From Octopus vulgaris (taxonomy: Eukaryota), in NCBI GenBank assembly GCA_951406725.2, contig OX597827.1:41168001-41232000 (forward strand): a DNA stretch of 64,000 nt, written 5' to 3'. The notes beneath the pieces are model-generated. The model was not told the origin of the DNA. It was given only the letters and a program-made list of their open reading frames with translations, and searched no databases. Positions within the stretch are counted from its first letter, which is position 1, and every line of letters begins with the position of its first letter. The position numbers were made by a program, and so were the translations under genes. This document shows positions 24,427-37,340 of the stretch, in pieces.

Positions 24427-25650
24427 AGATAGATAGATAGATAGGTATATGTGCATCTCAATTTATAATGAAAATTAACTGTTTTTACATTTGAAATTGA
24501 ATTTCAATTTATAAAAGGAAGGGAAATTTAAAAAATACATGTATCAGTTCTTGGTGTAGGAACTGTTAAATCCTCCTAGTTAGAGCATTTTATCCATTTT
24601 ATAGTAATAACATCTCCCATGTCAATTTTACATGTAGTTTGATCAATATTCTGTGATTAGAATTTGGTCGATAGACATTGCGTGTATATGTGTGTGTGCG
24701 TGTGTGTATCTATTGTCTTTGTTGATCAGATTAACTGAATCAGCACCTGTATGTGCAGGATCAGGTAAAACCTTTCGTGGAAGAGTCAGCATTCATCATA
24801 CATGCAAGTCTCACTTCTCCACGCAGCCACTTGCCTGAAGGAGAGGCTTTGCATAAAGGCCAATTTAGCTTGGCAATAGTATTCCATCATAAGTATGGCG
24901 GATCAAATCTGAAAAATCAGTACATATAATTTGAGGTGGGTGTGTATCTATTTCTGGTTATTTCATCATTTTGAACTGTTAATCCCTACACAATTTCTTT
25001 TCTCTCCATTTTATTTTTGTCTCAATCGTTTCTGTTGAAGAGTGTTGGCTTGAAACATCAAAGATTTTTCCATTCTTCCTTGTTATTCCTTCACTTGTCT
25101 TTTCCTTTTGTTTTTTGTAAATTTGAACTATATATATATATATATATATATATATCATGTTGGTAGGTAGGGTAAAATCCTACCTGCTTCCTCTTGAAGC
25201 ATGTCCGCTTATTCTATCATTACAATCCAGTATGAAGTTGCCATCATTGTTGAATAGATGCAAGGTACATATTAGAGTTGAAACTTCTGGAAATATTGTT
25301 TGCAGAGTTTATTGTATAGCAAACAGGAAGCTGGGAAATTTTGGAGTATTATTTATTCTCCATTACACATGTTTCATTTGCTAATAGGAATTACAGAGTT
25401 TTACATTCCAGATAGACATGTAAGGAATTTCCGATTAGAAATTCTTCAGACACAGAATTAAATAATATTATTTAATATTTGCATTTATTTAATAAAATTT
25501 AATTCTCTGTCTGCAAATGAAAGAAATGTGTAATGGTGAATAAATAATACTAAAAGATTTTCCAACTTCATGTTTTGTTATATATCATCTAACACTTTAA
25601 CATGTTTGTGTGAGTAAATGTGTATATTTATGTGTATATATTCTGATTGT

Positions 25651-26134
25651 GGAGGCGCAATGGCCCAGTTGTTAGGGCAGCGGACTTGTGGTTTCGATTC
25701 CCAGACCGGGCATTGTGAGTGTTTATTGAATGAAAACACCAAATGCTCCACGAGGCTCCAGCAGGGGGTGGTAGTGAACTCTACTGTACTCTTTCACCAC
25801 AACTGTCTCTCACTCTTCCTGTTTCTGTTGTACCTGTGTTTCAAAGGGCCAGTCTTGTCACATTCTGTGTCATGTTGAATCTCCCCAAGAACTATGTTAA
25901 GGGGACATGTGTCTGTGGAGTGCTCAGCCACTTGCACATTAATAAATGAGCTGTGACGTCACCGGTGCCAATCTGTATTGGCCTTTACCTTTCCCTTGGA
26001 TAACATCGGTGGCATGGAGAGAGGAGGTTGGTATGCGTGGGCGACTGCAGGTCTTCCATAAACAACCTTGCCCAGACTTGTGCCTCGGAGGGTAACTTTC
26101 TAGGTGCAATCCCATGGTCATTTGTGACCGAAGG
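25651..26134 (+). mobile_element. tRNA-derived SINE, distinct family (possibly Ceph-type)
   Basis: A box tggcccagttgttagg, B box ggtttcgattcc, and 3' part ccttgcccagacttgtgcctcggagggtaactttctaggtgcaatccc. Confidence 0.7.
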
Positions 26135-26662
26135 CAGTTGAAATAATAAATGCTTTATTTGAAAAATAGGGAAGGGTTAATGACATGAATAGCACTGTGT
26201 CAAAATACCACATATAAATCCCTGCCTATCCTTGCTAGCATGGAAAAAAACCACATTAAATGAATGAATGAAAGATGTGTGTGTGTGTGTGCGTGTTTGT
26301 GTGTTTGATGAAATTTACTTCCTAACCATGTAGTTTCAGGTTCAGTCCTTCTGTGTGGCACCTTTGGCAAGTGTCTTCTACTATAATCCTAAGTTGACTA
26401 AAGTCTTGTGAATGAATTTGACAGATGGAAACTGAAAGAAACCTGGCAATTATATGTGTGAGTTTGTGTCTCCTCAACATTGTGTGATTGTTGTAAACAG
26501 ATTTCATTAATTTCCTGTTTTCTGTGTAGACATAATCAGGCCATGGGGAAATATTACCTTGTTTAGAAACAGGTAAGGATTATTGACAAGGAGGGCATAT
26601 GGCCTTAGAAAATCTCCCCAAACTCTGTCTGATCCATACAAGCATGGAAAAATGGATGTAAA

Positions 26663-26882
26663 CCCTTTCGTTACTGTATTTATTTTGAGATGCTCTGTGT
26701 TTCTTTCAATTACTTTAAATATAACAAAGAATTTAGTAAAATAACTTAGTTACCATTAAGCTAGTATTAGGTACACAAATTGTGACTAAGGTTTGGTGGA
26801 AGATTTTAATTCAAAATTTATGAAAACAAGACATTTGTACTCAGAGCCAGAGCCGGTTTCAGCTGGGTTGGTAATAAAAGGG
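26663..26882. mobile_element. piggyBac-type MITE, second copy, inserted in a SINE tail
   Basis: Near-identical to 19685-19904; flanks taaa/ttaa. Removing it restores the SINE tail catggaaaaatggatgttaaacaatgatgat. Confidence 0.9.
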
Positions 26883-27638
26883 TTAAACAATGATGATATG
26901 TATTTTAGTATTTTTGTGTGCCTATCTATCCATCTAGCTAGCTATCACTCTATCTCTATATGTATCTCTAATCTATATATGTATCTGTTTGCATTTGTAT
27001 GTATTTATGTGTGTGAATCGTTGAAATTTTACACGCTAGAGAAGAGCAATGTGGAGAAGGATAGCTGAAAGCCTTGAACTAAAAGAGTGTTATGGTATTC
27101 AAAATATTTCCAAATTTGTTTTTAAATTTAGATTTAGTAATCTTTGGGGAACATTTTCACTTATATTATTTTAACATTCCATTAGTAATTGGACTTCACT
27201 TTAGTTTTATTGTAAGTTTTCTCTCAAGTATGCATTTTAATATCTTCAGATTTTGTTTTCTTTCTCTCAATTGCATTCATATATGACAAGACTTCAGATA
27301 CTCAACTAGATCTAGTTTAATGTCTCTGAACCAGTCTTTGGCATGAGCATCGCCGAGGCAGTCTATCTTGTTTAGTGTTACTGAGCTTGCTTTTTTTCAC
27401 TGTTACTGAGCCAGCATTTATTTTTGTTGTTGCCAAGATATCATATCAGCAAAAGCTGATTTAAGAACTGGTTTCTGAAAATCCACTAAATTCATAAAGT
27501 AGCTTGATTGTTTTCTGGTATCCAAGGAAGTTGTAGGTTGAATTGAAGTTTAAAAAAAATAAAAACAAAAATCCCAGAAAAACATAACCTGAGTTATTTG
27601 ATATCTGCACACCAATCCTATTATTAAAACTTTGTGTA

Positions 27639-27671
<33 letters not shown>

Positions 27672-27759
27672 AAGAGAAAGAAAGAGCAAGCATGTTGAAA
27701 AGCTTAGCTCTCAAAATAAACAGCAGCTGGACTATATAACTTAGTGTTCTTAATTTAGA

Positions 27760-27827
<68 letters not shown>

Positions 27828-28519
27828 TATACAGAGTTTATAAAATTTCTAGATTAGTTTTCTGTATTCATTATAAATTATTTAATATTTGCACTGCTGT
27901 TTTGTCACTAAAACCCTGAGGTTTTGAATTCCTCTGTGTCACATTTGTGGGTCAAATCCCATTTATTGCTTCCAAACTTTCCTTTGTTCCTTTTGTAAAA
28001 CCATGTTTATGTGTGGGTATGCATTCACATAAGGGATGAGAAAATAATTCCATGTTATTTATTTTTACTGGAAAATGAAAGGCAGGAATGAGGGTGTTCA
28101 TTGTCTTAGCCAATGACTGAATAATGATGATGATGGTGATTAAAATTATAGTGGTTGTCATTGTTTGAGTGTCCATTTCTTTCCCTCACATGTTGGTATG
28201 TGTGTGCTGTAATATAGTGATCCCTGCTCAAATTTCTTACATCTCATAAAACATCTTTCCAGGTTTGAACCTAATTTTCTTCCCATGTTTTCTTTTCTGC
28301 TTGAGATAAGTACTTCAATAAGTCACTTTTCATCTTTTGTAAATAATGTAAACAAGAGTGTCCATTGTCATGTTGCTTAGTAGCAGTTGTTGATCATTGT
28401 TAATGATGATGAAAAAATATAATAGGAAAACAAATAATAAAAGTACTAAAGCATATGTGTCTAAAAATCTATCTGAAATAAGTATCTGATTAATATAATG
28501 AAAGTTAAAATTTTCAGTC

Positions 28520-30450
28520 TTGGAAAAATTTTGTAGATTAAAGATATATAAAATTTTGGTGACATTTTCAGCATTGTGAGGTATCTGTTGTACCCTATGT
28601 AGTTCTTGATAATGCAATATAGAAGTTCGAATAGATCAGTTAGGGAGAACAGACTTATTTTACTCAATGATTGATGGAGATTTATTGATTGTCATTGTGA
28701 AAGCAACTTGAATTGGAAAATGCAAGTGTGTAACATTGGCGGAATGTGTCAGAAGGTCTCAGTTTAATTCTTTGCACAATTACATGTTTTCTATTTTGTG
28801 ACAATGTAACCTTCAGTCATGAGTTCATGTAAGTTGGTTTTTTGAATTCTTGTTCTGTCACAAAGTCTGTTATCAGTACTTAAAGTATTGCAATATCCAT
28901 TGCATCACATTTCATTTACAAGGTCAAAATCTGGGGAGAGATTCACTCTACCAAAGTTTGGACTGTTAGGAACAACATTGATGAAAAAATGTATAGATTT
29001 TCTTCCTCATTGCAAGAATCAATGCTTTTGTTAGTGACTGTTTCTCCACCAAATATGTTAATAATTTCCTCATTTGTAAAATTAATAGCTGCATTTACTA
29101 ATGGGGGTAGTACTGCTCTGTCTGTGCATTGCTCAAAGCATGATATATCATTTCACATTCATTTGATACAGCTTCAATGCCATTTGGAAGCCCAGTCTTG
29201 CTATCAGTATCCTGTTGGACATGAATCAGAAAAATCAGCACTGTTATGCCCCCATCTTTGATTCTATAGTTGCATATCCATGTTTCATTTTCATCACTCT
29301 CTTCCAAAATAAAGAATGTAGCAAATCTATGCTCATCTTGGCAGCTCTGCCAAATTTCTTTAAAATAGGAAGTATTTGCTAAAAGTTGCCTAGAAACATC
29401 AAGATCTTGCCACCCAAAGGTAAACCATTTTGTGAAATGATTTTCCTTTTGTGCTATCAACAGCTATGAACATGTGCTATCAACAGCTTCATGCGCATAT
29501 CTCAATATTTGTGGAGCTTCATTCCAACAGATGAAACCATAGTCTTGAGTTATTTTTGCTAGTTTGCTGTTGACATCAATACTGAAAACTGAAATTTGTA
29601 GTCAATATAAATTGGAATATAGAAAGTTAAAATGAACTGATAGAACGTTTTTAAAACAACACAGCCAGTCTTATACTTTTAATAGTGAGAACTCATTGAT
29701 CCAATCATACTTGTATCTGCACAGTCTGAGACAGTGGTTGCTGTAAGTATCCTATAAATTGTTCTTCCAAATGGTTTCCAATAGTTCTATATTTATAATT
29801 TTGTTAGAACTCTATAGAAACAAACATGTTGAAATTATTTGCTGTGTGAGGTTTATCATGTTAATCTAAGTTTATTAGCTAATGTGTGTATGGAAGACTT
29901 TTTTTTACTCGAAGAATTCAGTTGAAAAACTATGCCTTTGACTTTTTCAAATGTATTTTCTTCATAATTGACTATTTTCTTCTGTTCTATGGAGTGTGGC
30001 TCCTATTTCAGAAGCAGTAAAAGCCTCATAATTTCTCATATGCCATAAACCAATGATCAAACAGAAATGTACTAAAAGACAAGTTGCCGAGTCAAGTGAG
30101 ATATATGATAGGCAGGATGTAAATGTTTAAGAATACATAATGTTCATACAAGTTCAATGGAAGTATTAAGACCTGTTCCTTCAAATGTTGCATAAAATGC
30201 ATTCAGTAATCCAATCTGAATTGCTATATATCATAGATGTAAATTTGGGCCAAGGACATGGTTTTATAAGAAGCAGGTATTAGTCCAGTTGAAAGCAGGT
30301 GAAAGGTATCACTTTCAACTCCCTATATGTATACACTAGCTTTGAAGCTGGGTTCTGCTCATGTGTGTTCCACTTCATGTGAAATTTAATCTTGTGTTGT
30401 AGAAGCAGTTAGAGTTCATTTAATTTTTCCAGCATACGTTTAGTGTATGC
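28520..30450 (-). pseudogene. Decayed Helitron RepHel gene (HUH Rep endonuclease plus PIF1-type helicase), with large internal deletions
   Basis: Ordered minus-strand motifs: LAQIYIYD (about 30253-30230), KSLPYTHI (HUH KRGLPHxHI, about 29900), ICWNEAP/RYAHEAVD (about 29530-29476), PLGGKILMFLGNF*QILP (about 29420-29365), FPIQVAFTMTINKS (about 28720-28677), LYIALSR (about 28620). Multiple stops and frameshifts. Confidence 0.9.
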
Positions 30451-30869
30451 ATGATTTTGAAAATTTTAACATTTTCTTGAATTGACTGATAACATAAACT
30501 TAACTATTCATGAGCTCATGAACTATTCACCTTATGCTTTACATTGAACATCAAATTATTAGTATAACTGAAGCAAAAAAAGATAAGTTTCCAGATGGAA
30601 ACAAAAAAAAAAAAAATGGAAAAATGTGTAGTGAATGATACAACATTATAATGTATCATTTGATTTTTAGGAAACACTTCCCTCCCCACTCCACACTTCA
30701 TTTCCAAAGATATAAAGGTCGAGTTGCTGGTCAGATTTGTGAAAGTCAAGGTCAAGTGTGTTTGTGAGTGAGTGAATGAGTGTGAGAGAGAAACAGTTAT
30801 TTTAGTAATATTGATTTTTTTTTTTTATTTGGACACATTTTCAAATTTATAGTGAAAATGTAAATTGAT

Positions 30870-31880
30870 CCCTCCCATAATATAAAGGCAAAGTTGCTCC
30901 AAATTCAGAACATAGAGGGATCACTGCTAGGTTAAAAATAACAGTAAAGATCTCTGTAAGATTGGCAGAAGGCCTTACAGTTTGAGAGAGGAATGTAGTT
31001 AATTTAATCAACTCCAGTATTTTAAATAATAGTAATAATAATTTTTTCTGCTATAGGCACAAGGCCTGAAATTTGTGGAGAGGGGACCAGTTGATTACAT
31101 CGACTCCAGCGTTTCACTGGTACTTAATTTATTGACCTCGAAAGGATAAAAGACAAAGTTGACCTTGGCGGAATTTGAACTCAGAACAATAATCTTTTCT
31201 TCTATAGGTACAAAGCCTGAAAATTTTTTGTGGGGGGACCAGTTGATTAGATCGACCCCAGTACACAACTGATACTTAATTTATCAACCATGAAAGGTAA
31301 AGTTGACCTCAGCAGAATTTGAACTCAGAATGTAAAGATAAGACAAAATACTGTTAAGCATTTTGCCAAGCATGCTAACAATTCTGCCAGCTCTGCTATG
31401 AGTTGGAAGAAATATCACTGGAAATTTTGTTTGTCACTTCAGAATTCTGCTACCATAATAATAATGGTTTCAAATTTTGGCACTAGGCCAGCAGTTTTCT
31501 AGAGGAGGGAGTAAGTTGATTACATCAGTCTCAGTGTTCAACTGGTACTTATTTTATCAACCCTGGAAGGATTAAAGGCAAAGTGAACCTCTGTGGAGTT
31601 TGAACTTGGGATGTAATGATAGAGAAAATGATACTATGCATTTTGCCTGGCGTGCTAATGGTTCTGCCAGTTCACTGCCTCAATAATGATAATAATAAGC
31701 TCCAGCATAAGTACAAGGCCAGAAATTTTGTGGAGGGGGTTTGATTATCAACTCCGAGAAGGATGACAGGCAGAGTTGACCTGAGGAGGATTTTCAACTC
31801 AGAATGTAAAGAGCTGGAACTAGATACTACAAAACATTTTGTCCAATGTACTAATGGTTCTGCCAATCTACTGCCCTAAA
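30870..31880 (-). mobile_element. Cluster of about 5-6 co-oriented family B SINEs
   Basis: Repeated ggcacaaggcctgaaattt...gattacatcgac...ctggtactt...gttgacc...gaatttgaactcagaa units separated by (aat)n. Confidence 0.85.
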
Positions 31881-32749
31881 TAATATTTCTTTCTAATAAT
31901 AACTCTGCCCTTAATAATAATAACAGTAATGATAATATAATGCAAATAGTTGTTTGTTGCTTAATTTTGGCATCTTACCCATTCCAGTCTGAATTGGTGT
32001 AGCGCAATTATTTGAGTGCCAATACTCCTACCCCAACCCTTCTCTCTCAATACAGAAGTTTAATGGGAGGATTAGAGCTCTGGACTACAAGTCTACAAAG
32101 CCGTGCATCAGTGGAACAGTCTTTTATTCTGCATGCCCCCCCCATTCTCCCGCCTCTCTGTCGCTTATTCATTCGCAGTTGCGGTTGAAAGAGTCAATAG
32201 TTATAGATATTCATATTTCTGGAACTGTGTTGTGTTTGTGGGAAAGCAACTTAATTCTTAGTGACTCACCTCATTTAATTGTAGATAGACAGCACTACAA
32301 TGAAGTACAGATTACTGCTCTGAGTTGGTAAGCATCACTGAACAATCAATTGGTATTTTAGTTTGCCATGGTTATATTTATATACTCATTGTTGAGTTTT
32401 AGCTGAAGAGTTGGTTTGTACTTTCCATGACGGCTTTATTCTTCATGACAAGGTCCTTCACTAGTGCTATAGACGTCCAGTGGTCTATAAGATTCCATAT
32501 GTCCGTCCGTCCTTCTTTCTATCTATGTGCCTGTCTGTCCATCCGTCTTTCCATCTATGTGCCTGTCTATCCATCCGGCTATCTGTCTGCTGTCTGTCTG
32601 TCTCTGTCTGTTGTCTCTGTCTGTCAGTCTGTCCATCCATTCATCTGTCCATCCTGTACTAATTTTGTGTGTAAAACGAAATAGTAGTTTTGGGTGTGCA
32701 TGACATCTGTTTTTAAAAGTTTGAGGAATATAAAAATCATAAGTGTGTA

Positions 32750-32802
<53 letters not shown>

Positions 32803-32840
32803 AGGGAGGAGGAAGTGTTAGTTCCATAGTCTGTACTTCA

Positions 32841-32916
32841 GGAGGGTCATGCTACCAATTAAGACACACGCATAAGTTGGATTTCACTTGAATTTTAATT
32901 GGTAGCATGACCCTCC
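32841..32916. repeat. Perfect 22-bp inverted repeat with 32-bp spacer (tiny MITE or hairpin)
   Basis: ggagggtcatgctaccaattaa (32841-62) / ttaattggtagcatgaccctcc (32895-916). Confidence 0.9.
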
Positions 32917-33943
32917 CAAACTACACCAATATCTGTTCCAACACATGATTTCACATGAAGAGTCTTGTCAAAGAAATTCAAAATTGAAATTATACCAACA
33001 TCATAATCAGCTTTTCTATGCTGGCATGGGTTGGTTGGTGACATGTTTATATATATATATATATATGCATATGTTTGTGTTTATGTGCGTTCATTATATA
33101 TGTAAATATACACACACACACACACATTTATGCATGTAAACATATCTTGATAATATCAAAAATTGACACCCTAATGTGTTGTGGTTCAGGCTGGGCTGTT
33201 CTCAACTCTGTATGTATATGTATACACTCACATACACATAATTGTATATGTCACATGCACACGCAAGTACTTAATGAATTGATGAGATTTATATGAATAC
33301 GTTATAATTTTTCAGAAAGGTGTGTTTGTTATTCAGCATGTAAAGAAGAGCACCACCCTTCAAATTGTTTTGTTTAAAGTGTATATACATAAAAGTCTAC
33401 ACACCCCCACACACACGCACAAATGTGTGTGTGTGTGTGCGTAAAATTTGGCAGTTTTGGTCTGAGATCAAGTGGCTGTGAAATGCAAATGAAAACAGAA
33501 TGAAAACAAATGTGAGGGATTGGGGCAATTTGTTCTATAAATATTTTTACAACATATGATTCTGGGAATGGGTGTTTCTGTAGACTTCAAACATTTTCCT
33601 CCAAATGTCGAACTGTCTGAAACTGGCTGGACCTGCTGACATTATCCGGTTTTACTTTTTTTTCCAGCTGTATTTTCACAGCTAGCTAGGTTGGTTAGCT
33701 GTGCTACTAGCATAGCGATTAGTTTAGCAGTACAGTGAGCTGAGTAAAATGTGGTCTTGCTTTGGATGCCTACCTATATTCCTTCACCCTTCTCTGTGTG
33801 TGTGTGCGAGAGAGAGAAAGTTTGAGTGGAGGGCTGGAAGCTCAGTGCATTACTAGTGCAATGCTAGATTTTGAACTGATATTGTAGTTTTTGTTTTTAC
33901 TTCTTTTCCTCTTTCTGCTCTTTTGCCTTGTTATTTGTTTCAG

Positions 33944-34033
33944 TATCCCCCAGTGCCATTAAACAGAAATTGAATACAGTAGTGCTTGTTATGTAGTATG
34001 GCTGGTGGCAGTGATTGTGGAAGTGCTTTCTTT
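33944..34033 (+). other. Candidate small exon with start codon (MAGGSDCGSAFF)
   Basis: Long polypyrimidine tract ending tttcag (33943), ATG at 33998, donor TTT|GTGAGT (34034). All three frames are closed within the exon, so it could only be UTR plus a start. Confidence 0.25.
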
Positions 34034-37000
34034 GTGAGTTATTACAGAATTATGGCAGAGCTGGCACTGTGTGTGTGTGCGCACGCACGCGCTGTGTATG
34101 TGTATATGTGTGCATACATGTGTGTATATGTGTGTGTGTGTATGTATATGTGTGCATGCATATGTGTGACTGTATATATGTATGCATGCATATGTTGTGT
34201 ATGTATGTGTGGGTGTATGTGTATATTTGTGTATGTTTAATGTGTGTGTGTGTGTGTACACACACACACACACATACATATATACATACACACATACATA
34301 TACAGAGAGAGAGAGAGAGAGAGAGAGAGGAAGAAAGCATAGGATGATTTTTTGTGGAAAGCGATATTGTTGTGGGGCAATTATACTGAGCCGGTACATG
34401 GTGATATCTAGTATAGATATGAGTTATTTAAATCCTATAGTAAAGTAAGATAAGCAAGTTCAGACTGGTGATTGATGGCACCAGTGTAAGAAGTCATCAT
34501 CACGTTTCATCTCATCGCTCTCACTTCACCTCTCTTCCTGTCTTTGCAGCACTCCCTCTTCTGTTTCCATTCATCTTACCACCAAGTTACCCACCGCACT
34601 CACACTTAACACTTTGCGTGAACCTTCTTCGGAACTGCATCAGCGCTGTCTGTGTTTTCTCTCTCTTTTTTCTCACCTGCAACATTCCGAATTTGAACAT
34701 TAACATTACATCTTTTATTTAGTGACTTTCATCTCCCCCAATTTATCTAAGATAGCCAGGAAAGGGTTTTAGGCACTGCCCTTCCATTTCAAATGCCTCC
34801 TTGTTATTCTCTTCATTCTCCCCCCCCCCACCATTAACATTGTTTTCTTTATACTTATTTCTATTTTATTCACCTTCACATAATTGTCATCATTGTCCTC
34901 CTCTTCATCCTTGTTGTTATCCTTACTGTCTTCTTGCTGCTTGTACCTATTGTCATTGTTGCCCATTACATCTTCTCTTCTTGCTTAAGGAATAATAATA
35001 AAGTAATAATAAAAACTTGCAGTCTGATAATGTACTGCAACAAATGACAATTTGCATGATGTTACTTCCCAAGTTCTCATCATCATGATGAAGATGTGCC
35101 TATTGTTTGTTGATCAGGGCCTGCATCCACTGCTGTATCAAAAATAATATTACTTTCATTACTTCATGTAGTTATCATCAGCATTATCAGTTATTGTTGG
35201 AGAAATATCTAACAATGAGTTATAACTGTGTTGTGTCTGTATGTGGGATGAATGGGCTTAAGTGTAACGGATTTAGGCTCTGTCTTATTGCTAAAGAGAA
35301 ATAGATTCAGTTTCTCTGTTTTGCTTTCTGATTTAGTTTTAAGAATGGTTAATAATTGATATTTGGAAAGGAAAAGATCACTTGCAAGAAGGTAATAGCC
35401 AATCTGCGTAGGTAGGAACTATGGGTTAATGGCTAAGTGACTGTATTTTTTCAGACTTCCTTGTACCAGGTTAGGGAGAATAGTAAAGAAAAACAGAAGA
35501 AAAACTAATATTGTTCATCTGGTATTTATTTAATCTTTTATTTGTTGAGAATAAATATCTGGCCTCTGTTTCTGCATAATGAGTGAAGGAAGGCATCATT
35601 GCACTCTGTCATTTACTTTTTACCTTTTGGTAAGAACAAAAAGAGAAAAAGAGAGAAGAAAAAAAAGGAAACCAAAATAAACTAGCAACCACTATGCAGT
35701 TAGATCACATGTTTCCTACTTAATCACTTAAAATCTATGTCTACAATAGGCTAAAAATAAAATATTTTGGTGTGCTGAAATTATTTTTGTTTATTGTTTG
35801 AGAGCCAGTTCAACATTTGAAAATAATTAATACCTTCCATTTGAAAATGGGCATTAGAAACTCAAGTAGGACAATAGCGATCATAAAAATTAAATAGTCA
35901 CGTTTCACTCAGGAAAGTTACTACAGGATTATTAAGAGGTGGTCGTTGTTGTTGGTGGCGGTGTTGGATAACTGAAGACTTTGTCTTCATGTGTTTCTTG
36001 AGAAAGTTGGTATTGTGTAGGAGAGTTAATCTCTCTCCAGATCACGTCTGTTAGTAAGATTTGTGTTTGGTTCTGCAAGCTAACAAAACACCTACGAGTC
36101 TGCAAATTAAGCTTTCGCTTTGATATCCCAAAATCATTTCACTTTCCCTCTGATCACTTTGTGAAAAGCATGAAATTCTCATAGCATTGTGCTTTTCCAT
36201 TAATATATATCTGAATTTATGTCTATCTAACAAAGCAGTGCTACCTTCCATCATATTATTGTTAAATGGACAGGGCCAATGGAAAATTATCTTGAGCATA
36301 GACAAATGTTTCACAAGTGATGACACATACTAACATGTTATTGACTCAGCAAGCTAATGTTGCATTCTCTCTGGATATACAAATACTGGAGTAGCACTAG
36401 AGTCAATATGATTACTGACTCTGCATGCATATACTTGACCATGATATTTGATAGAGGGATAATGGTATAGCTGATTTGATTGACAAGTATACTGTTCTTA
36501 TATTATTAAACTTTTGGAAAAATTAGATACCAGAAGGAATTTGGAGTTAGTGAAGAGAAGGATGTATAAAAAGAAGAAAAACTTTAAGCGTTTATATAAA
36601 CATATATTGTGGTACAATGTTGTAAAAATATGATGAAAATATATATCATACTTGAAAGGTGAAAATGATTCTGATGCAGGTAATTAATTAAAAAAAAGAA
36701 ATAAGATTTATTAATATCTTCATTTTCACTTAGTATATTTCCTTTTAATATGATTTTTTTCCCCTGAGGTTTTCCATTATTACATTTTGGTAAACCAGGT
36801 GGTGGGATGAGTGCAGTCAGGTGATGTTAACAATCATCAGTTAACATTGGCATTGCTTAGTCTTGTACTATAAGGTATTTAAAATGTGGTGTCATGTCTG
36901 TTGGTTGTTCTTCAGAGCAGGTGTTTATCTCTGGTTTTAAGGTGAGAATCAGATGAAAAGAATATCTTCAGTAAACATTGTGTTATATCACAAGGTAACA

Positions 37001-37136
37001 TTCTCGGAGATAAAGCTATCTTTCTAGAAACAATAAAATGTCTGCAGCTGGATTTTAAGTAGTGATCTGTGAAGATGTAATCCAATATATTGAATCCATG
37101 TGGCCATTTTGCTTAGGAACAAGTAAAATCTGTTAA

Positions 37137-37340
37137 CCCATAAGCATTTCAACCAGCCATATCCAGCTCAAATATTCTACCTCTTTTATGTTCAAACCAA
37201 CCAGATCTGGCTTCTCACACTTGCCCTACAATGTCATTTTAAAAATCAGCAATTACATCAAAATCTCCAAGCTGTGAGATAATGTATGATTAATTCAAAA
37301 CAATGCAAGCATTACATTTGACCGAGTCATCTGAATGCTG
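37137..37340. mobile_element. Probable piggyBac-type MITE, degraded right end
   Basis: Left end ttaa-cccataagcatt; right part ctgaatgct is complementary to the left TIR, but the outer bases are lost. Confidence 0.5.

Noticed and set aside
29098-29460. 120-aa minus-strand ORF as a standalone gene
   Set aside because: It is an off-frame reading of the Helitron helicase remnant; the conserved motifs lie in another, interrupted frame.
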